Source: Methanobacteriota archaeon
GTDB taxonomy: Archaea > Thermoplasmatota > Thermoplasmata > SG8-5 > JAGLSY01
Assembly: GCA_020697715.1 (NCBI GenBank)
Contig: JAEHCO010000006.1
Location: 13,941 to 77,940 of the forward strand
DNA: 64,000 nt
Direction of reading: 5' to 3'
Below the pieces are notes generated by a model. The model saw only the letters and a list, made by a program, of their open reading frames with translations, was not told the origin of the DNA and did not search any database. Below are positions 58,864-64,000 of the stretch, one piece after another (positions within the stretch are counted from its first letter, which is position 1; each line of letters begins with the position of its first letter). The position numbers and the translations under genes were made by a program.

Positions 58864-59247
58864 ATGGTTGAAAAAAGAATGTGTAACTTCTGCGGAGATG
58901 CTATCGAGCCAGGAACTGGTAAGATGTTCGTGAAGAAGGACGGCACGACATACAATCTATGCTCGAACAAGTGCAAGAAGAATCTTATTGACCTTAAGAG
59001 AGTCCCAAGAAGGACAAAATGGACAAAAAGGTATGCGGAGCTTAAAGAATCCGCTCTCAAGCACGAGAAAGCAATGGCTGATAAGGAAGCGGAGGACAAA
59101 AAAGCAGGTAAGACAAAGAAAGCCACACCTGCGAAGAAAGCTGCTCCCGCAAAGAAAGCAGCTCCTGCAAAAAAGCCTGCAGAAGCAAAGCTGAAACCTG
59201 CCAAGCTGAAGCCCGTAGAAACCACTCCCGAACCAGAAGGAGAGTAA
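58864..59247 (+). CDS. rpl24e: 50S ribosomal protein L24e with Lys/Ala/Pro-rich extension
   Basis: [17 protein letters not shown]....CSNKC, PR..KWT; PAKK repeats. Confidence 0.95.
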   Translation: MVEKRMCNFCGDAIEPGTGKMFVKKDGTTYNLCSNKCKKNLIDLKRVPRRTKWTKRYAELKESALKHEKAMADKEAEDKKAGKTKKATPAKKAAPAKKAAPAKKPAEAKLKPAKLKPVETTPEPEGE

Positions 59248-59251
59248 TACC

Positions 59252-59701
59252 TTGGAAAGAACCTTCGTTATGATCAAGCCAGATGGCGTCCAAAGATGCC
59301 TGGTAGGTAAGGTCATTCAGAGATTCGAGGAGAAGGGATTCAAATTAGTGGGCGCGAAGCTCATGACCATCTCCCCGGAGCTTGCTGGCGAGCATTATAA
59401 GGAGCATGTTGGCAAGGGTTTCTATAACAGTCTGATGGAATATATCACATCAGGGCCTGTTATGGCAATGGTCCTCGAGGGAAAGGATGTCGTATCCGCA
59501 GTCAGAACTGTGGTGGGCAAGACCAATCCACTGGAAGCATCACCCGGAACAATAAGGGGTGATTTTGGTATAGAGACTGGCAGGAACATAATCCATGCCT
59601 CGGACTCAGTACCAAGTTCAGACAGGGAAATTGGCCTTTTCTTCAAACCAGAAGAACTTCAGGGCTATGAGAGAATAGACAATGTCTGGCTCTACGAGTG
59701 A
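59252..59701 (+). CDS. ndk: Nucleoside diphosphate kinase
   Basis: [22 protein letters not shown] and NIIHASD motifs. Confidence 0.97.
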   Translation: MERTFVMIKPDGVQRCLVGKVIQRFEEKGFKLVGAKLMTISPELAGEHYKEHVGKGFYNSLMEYITSGPVMAMVLEGKDVVSAVRTVVGKTNPLEASPGTIRGDFGIETGRNIIHASDSVPSSDREIGLFFKPEELQGYERIDNVWLYE

Positions 59702-59715
59702 ATCAGATCCAAAAT

Positions 59716-59741
59716 ATGACTGGGTTCTTTAGCCCAGTCAT
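59716..59741. terminator. Hairpin between convergent ndk and mptE
   Basis: ATGACTGGG/CCCAGTCAT stem. Confidence 0.65.
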
Positions 59742-59746
59742 CCATT

Positions 59747-60394
59747 TTACTTTTCTTCTAATAATTGAGATATCAATCGTTTAGCCCAGCCCAGCTTTTT
59801 CTTCTTGACCTCGGGGTCTTTGCCTGGCTTAGGTATCGGATCATCAAAATCAAAACCCAGGAGCTTGATATCACTGGCATCAAAGTGCGATGCCAGGAAC
59901 ACTCCCCTGTCACCATCCGTGAAACCACCAAAGTTGTGAATGACACCATGCGGACGATTCTGAGTGGTCCCCATTATCCGGCCTGTGAATTTCGGCACCC
60001 AGTGTCGCAGAGAATCCATATTATCGCCATGAGCGTGTATGATGGCGATCGAGCCACGGGAATTTGCATGTATCTGTTCTTCCACATCCCCATCCAGATC
60101 TGTGATTATTATGTCAGGCAGGATATCATGGCGCAGTAAGATAGTGACTGCGCCTTCAGCCGCGATGATGATTGCCTCTTCATCAAGGCAGTCCATGTCT
60201 TCTGGCCGCATTGCCACACCCAATACGATCGCGGGATTGCCAGATATCATATTCTTCAAGATATCTGGGTCCATGATATTCATTTCGTGGATCAAGGAGG
60301 AAAGAAGCTCGGACGATGAGGAATCTGCGACCTCATCGTATCCAAAGTCCGCTATTATCTCTTTATACAGAATAGACCAGTCATTGAAGTTCAA
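59747..60394 (-). CDS. mptE: 6-hydroxymethyl-7,8-dihydropterin pyrophosphokinase (MptE-like)
   Basis: W...Y..I..DFGY, ITDLDG, HAHGDN, NFGGFTDGDR and K.KKL.WA motifs. Confidence 0.85.
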   Translation of the reverse strand: MNFNDWSILYKEIIADFGYDEVADSSSSELLSSLIHEMNIMDPDILKNMISGNPAIVLGVAMRPEDMDCLDEEAIIIAAEGAVTILLRHDILPDIIITDLDGDVEEQIHANSRGSIAIIHAHGDNMDSLRHWVPKFTGRIMGTTQNRPHGVIHNFGGFTDGDRGVFLASHFDASDIKLLGFDFDDPIPKPGKDPEVKKKKLGWAKRLISQLLEEK

Positions 60395-60410
60395 GAATTA
60401 TCTCTCCATC

Positions 60411-60635
60411 TATTGAATCATCCCCAAGCTCTATTACCACAATATTTAGGTTTGTGGATGTAGAGTTATTGTGGTATTAGTTTGGGTTGAATTCAATAAG
60501 GGCTCGTATCCCTGTTAATATATAAAGATTTAACAGAAGGGATACCCACGACAGTAATAATCCATTTTGTGGAATGGTTGATTACTGTTCAAGAAGAACC
60601 AAAACGGTTCTTCCCCTTTAGGGTTGGGGAGCCCT
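60411..60635. ncRNA. Candidate structured RNA/leader: long hairpin plus multibranch structure
   Basis: Six stems identifiable by eye, filling almost the entire intergenic region. Confidence 0.45.
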
Positions 60636-63600
60636 CATTTCTTCTCAATGGTTATCTCACAGCTTGAGGAACCATCTGCCATGGTCTTCCGAAGTTTGAT
60701 AGAAACATCTGATTTCGAGCGCTGTGCGAATTTGCCAGCTATACCCCGGCATAGGATACAGAGGATCAGATTCCTTGTTTTCTGATTGTTCCACGGGCAT
60801 CCAGTGACCTTGGCAAGACAGGAATCGTCACTGGAGCAATCCAGATGTGATTGACCTCCAAGGTCTTCCAGGACTCGAATGTAGGCATGTCCGATATCCT
60901 TCGCGGTATCCTCGGCGATGCCATCATAATACTTCTTATCCAGCACGCCTTCCAATTTATCTGATAGATTCTCGATGAACTGAACACGATCCGTACTGCC
61001 CATTGAATCAAGGAATATGGGAACCAGGTCTGTGAGTACGGATTTCATCTCGAACTGAGCCTCGAGAATACGTTGTTGAATATTCTCTTCCTGTCTTCGT
61101 TTTTCTTCGGTCATGTCCCTGATAACTGTGACAATTCTGTCAACCAGGCCACCCTCCATTAGTGGGATCTTCCGAGTTTTGGTCGTGTACATCTTTCCAT
61201 CGATATCGATCTCATCCACAGTCTCAATAATTTGACCATCCTCGAAGGCCTTATTATATTCTGCCATAACGGTTTCTGATAGGAATGGGAATATATCCCG
61301 AATGTGTTTGCCGACGGCATCTACACAATCAAGATTCAGCTCATCGCACCATTCTTGGAATGACTCATTGAAGAGAGTTATTATCATATTCCTGTCAACG
61401 ACATGGATGGAGTCGCTGATGGAATTAACAGTGGATCTGTATTGTGCTTCGGAGGTCCTTCTCTGGTTTTCGGCCTGCTTCCTTTCAGTAATGTCCCTGA
61501 CAAAGCCCACGGTGTAGAAATCATCTTTGATCTTGTATTCGTGGATCGAAACCTCGGCGTCAAAGGTCGAGCCATCATTCTTACGAACTGCCTGGAACTC
61601 GTAGTATGTCGGCGCAAATTTGCCAGCTGTCCTCTGGACATGGTACTCACTCACCATGATGGCAGATTCGGGTGACATGAAATCACTGGGCTTCTTCCCT
61701 ATAAGTTCCGATAAATCATTGCAGCCAAAGAGCTCGACCAATCTCGGGTTCGCATATATGAACCTCTCATCCTCCTCTATACCGATACCATCAGTGGAGG
61801 CATGGAAAAAGGCATCGAGCTGATTCTGGAAGGCCAAGCGCTCTTCCTCTGCCTTTCTTTGTTCAGTTATGTCTCTCACATATTCTATGACACCAGTCAA
61901 ATCTCCAGTATCAACATCGTGCATGGGAAAGCTATGCAATTCCAACCAGCCTATATGGGCATTGTCCTGACCCATCTTTCTTATCACTCTTATTTCAGAT
62001 TCTTCTGAGGCCAGAACATCGGCACTTGGGCATTTGCAATCATCACCCTGCTCATCACACCGAAGGAGATCATTGCAGGTCTTGCCTTCAAAAGGCATCT
62101 TGTGAGGGAACCACTCCTCAATGGTCTGGTTGGTGCTGACTATCTTCAGATCAGTGTCCATGATGATAAGACCATCCTGGATGCTCTCGAATATATTGGC
62201 CAGGAATCTCTCGCCATCTCTAAGGGCTCTTTCAGAGTTCTTTTTCTGTGTTATGTCCCTGACAACCGAGATAAAGCCACTAGGCTTATTGTTCAATACA
62301 TAGGGGGACATCTTGGCCGAGAACCACAGGTCCACTTCCTCAGTCTTGAACGGATATTCGAATTCATATATCTCTCCATTCTTGGTCTTCTCAAATCCAA
62401 TATCAATATGCTCAGAGATAATTGGTGGCAGAATATCAGAATATTTCTGACCCAGGAAATCCTCTGGCTTGGCTATCAATTTTGATTTATGAGGTGAATG
62501 GTAGAAAATAAAGACACCTTCAGAATCCACACCGAAAACAAGATCATCCATTGACGAGAATATACCTCTTATCTTCTCATGTGATTCTTGAATGGCCTTC
62601 TCGGATTTCTTCCTATCAGTGATGTCTCTGGCAATTGCACAGTTGTATTCCTGGTCCTTGTAGCGGATATAATTATTGGCAATATCAACAGAGAATATGC
62701 TACCATCCTTTCTCTTATGAATGGATTCCAGATTCAAGGATTCGCCTTTCTTGATATTCTCCCAATGTTCTGGCCATATATCTTTGCAGAAGTCCGGGTC
62801 AATATCATGAACAGTCATACCCAGTAGCTCCGTCCTGGTGTAGCCAAGGCTCTCGCAAGCGGCATTGTTCACATAGAAGAATCTCGCATCCGAATCCATC
62901 CAAAATGCCGCATCAGATGATCTTTCTATTGCGAACTGAGTTATGAGTGGAGCTTCTTCAGCCTTTTTCCTCTCGGTGATATCCGTGTCAAGACCTCTAT
63001 AACCAACCAGGTCATTATTCTTATCCAAGACCGGAGTTCCACTTGTTTCCAGGAATACCACATGTCCATCCTTGTGGAGGTTTGTGTTCTCAAATTTGCT
63101 GATATGCTCTTTCCTTTCAAAGGCTGATAAGGCAACCTGTTTCATCTCATCTCTGGCATCCTGTGTGAAAAAGTCATAGAAATGCTTCTTGCCCACCACT
63201 TCTTCAGGCTTGTAGCCAAGTATCCTTTCGATGACTGGGCTGACATAGGTGTACATACCATGGGCATCCACTTCCCAGATCCATTCACCAGCACTTTCAG
63301 CCACCTGTCTGAATCTTTCCTCACTTACTCTGATGGCCTCCTCTGCCTTCTTTCGCTCACTTATATCGGTGATCACACCAAGTATTCCTGGCTGTCCCAT
63401 ATAACTGATGATCTTCGTGGAATTTATTACATTAAATCCTTTGCCTTCCTTGTCCAAAATGATGCACTCATATGCCTGGATCTCAATGCCCTGCATATGA
63501 TTTTTGAACTTATCGATAACCATTTCCTTATATTCAGGAGGTATCAAGATCATGAAATCAAAGTCAGGATCGTAAAATTCTTCCTTGGTGTAGCCCATGA

Positions 63601-64000
63601 CCCTTTCGCATTCTGGATTGACATAGACCACCTTGCCTCCTTGATTGATGAATATCATGTTCGGAGATTGCTCGGCCAGATCCCTGAATTTCTCTTCACT
63701 CTCGATCAAGGCTTTCTCTGTCTTTTTCCTCTGAGTAAGATCTCTGATGAAAGCAAGGTCGGCTGGCCTCCCCTCAAAGTTTATGACACCAGCATTGATC
63801 TCAACAGGCACAACATCTCCATTTTTATTCAAAAGTGTTATCTCATAGATGCTTGGGAGATCCTCTCCCGCCATCCTTCTTTTGTAGAAATCAAATATCT
63901 GACTTTTTATTTCAGGAGGTATTAGATTGGTAAATTCATTCTCAAGTATCTCATCTTCTTCCAATCCAGTTATCTGCAATATTTTATCATTTAGATATTT
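60635..64000 (-). CDS. Multi-PAS sensor (at least 8 PAS/PAC) with C-terminal V4R-like/MetOD1-like output domain; 5' end outside window
   Basis: Repeated RDIT.RK PAC ends; C-terminal GCPW...LCILCRGI...TMADGSSSCEI; no HisKA/HATPase. Confidence 0.85.
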   Translation of the reverse strand, partial: KYLNDKILQITGLEEDEILENEFTNLIPPEIKSQIFDFYKRRMAGEDLPSIYEITLLNKNGDVVPVEINAGVINFEGRPADLAFIRDLTQRKKTEKALIESEEKFRDLAEQSPNMIFINQGGKVVYVNPECERVMGYTKEEFYDPDFDFMILIPPEYKEMVIDKFKNHMQGIEIQAYECIILDKEGKGFNVINSTKIISYMGQPGILGVITDISERKKAEEAIRVSEERFRQVAESAGEWIWEVDAHGMYTYVSPVIERILGYKPEEVVGKKHFYDFFTQDARDEMKQVALSAFERKEHISKFENTNLHKDGHVVFLETSGTPVLDKNNDLVGYRGLDTDITERKKAEEAPLITQFAIERSSDAAFWMDSDARFFYVNNAACESLGYTRTELLGMTVHDIDPDFCKDIWPEHWENIKKGESLNLESIHKRKDGSIFSVDIANNYIRYKDQEYNCAIARDITDRKKSEKAIQESHEKIRGIFSSMDDLVFGVDSEGVFIFYHSPHKSKLIAKPEDFLGQKYSDILPPIISEHIDIGFEKTKNGEIYEFEYPFKTEEVDLWFSAKMSPYVLNNKPSGFISVVRDITQKKNSERALRDGERFLANIFESIQDGLIIMDTDLKIVSTNQTIEEWFPHKMPFEGKTCNDLLRCDEQGDDCKCPSADVLASEESEIRVIRKMGQDNAHIGWLELHSFPMHDVDTGDLTGVIEYVRDITEQRKAEEERLAFQNQLDAFFHASTDGIGIEEDERFIYANPRLVELFGCNDLSELIGKKPSDFMSPESAIMVSEYHVQRTAGKFAPTYYEFQAVRKNDGSTFDAEVSIHEYKIKDDFYTVGFVRDITERKQAENQRRTSEAQYRSTVNSISDSIHVVDRNMIITLFNESFQEWCDELNLDCVDAVGKHIRDIFPFLSETVMAEYNKAFEDGQIIETVDEIDIDGKMYTTKTRKIPLMEGGLVDRIVTVIRDMTEEKRRQEENIQQRILEAQFEMKSVLTDLVPIFLDSMGSTDRVQFIENLSDKLEGVLDKKYYDGIAEDTAKDIGHAYIRVLEDLGGQSHLDCSSDDSCLAKVTGCPWNNQKTRNLILCILCRGIAGKFAQRSKSDVSIKLRKTMADGSSSCEITIEKK

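Overview
Archaeal chromosome segment, most likely an uncultured Thermoplasmatota such as an MBG-D/Thermoprofundales-like lineage. This is inferred from TBP, FtsZ2 with an RHH regulator, rpl7ae-rps28e-rpl24e-ndk, MptE, GGTGA-type Shine-Dalgarno sites, a secreted papain-like protease and leucine catabolism genes. Positions 1-11.5 kb hold a surface-glycan cluster (GT4s, three GNAT/FemAB-like transferases, a polysaccharide deacetylase, radical SAM/SPASM, a flippase and a truncated DegT remnant). Next come a putative fimbrial/WxL-like surface pair, PAP2, GT4, a STAND ATPase-TPR protein, SSADH, tbp, the cdrS-like/ftsZ locus, a radical SAM-HhH protein, a ~2300-aa multidomain membrane protein downstream of pdxS-kaiC-like-wHTH, PepF, a methylcrotonyl-CoA carboxylase cluster, a C1 protease, SfsA, a phosphorylase, FTCD, ribosomal genes, MptE and a multi-PAS sensor. 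No rRNA, tRNA, CRISPR array or transposase was recognised. The best candidates for undescribed biology are: (1) the giant HhH + 10 Zn-ribbon + TPR + (xxNG)n + TM + ectodomain + PEF-CTERM protein and its KaiC/wHTH neighbours; (2) a ~350-nt densely structured element with a duplicated two-hairpin module between the RHH regulator and ftsZ; (3) a surface protein pair whose anchor has a cytoplasmic ligase-like OB-fold tail; (4) a ~225-nt multibranch structure upstream of mptE; (5) three helically phased TATA boxes in the tbp leader. All domain calls were made by eye from motifs; no searches were run.
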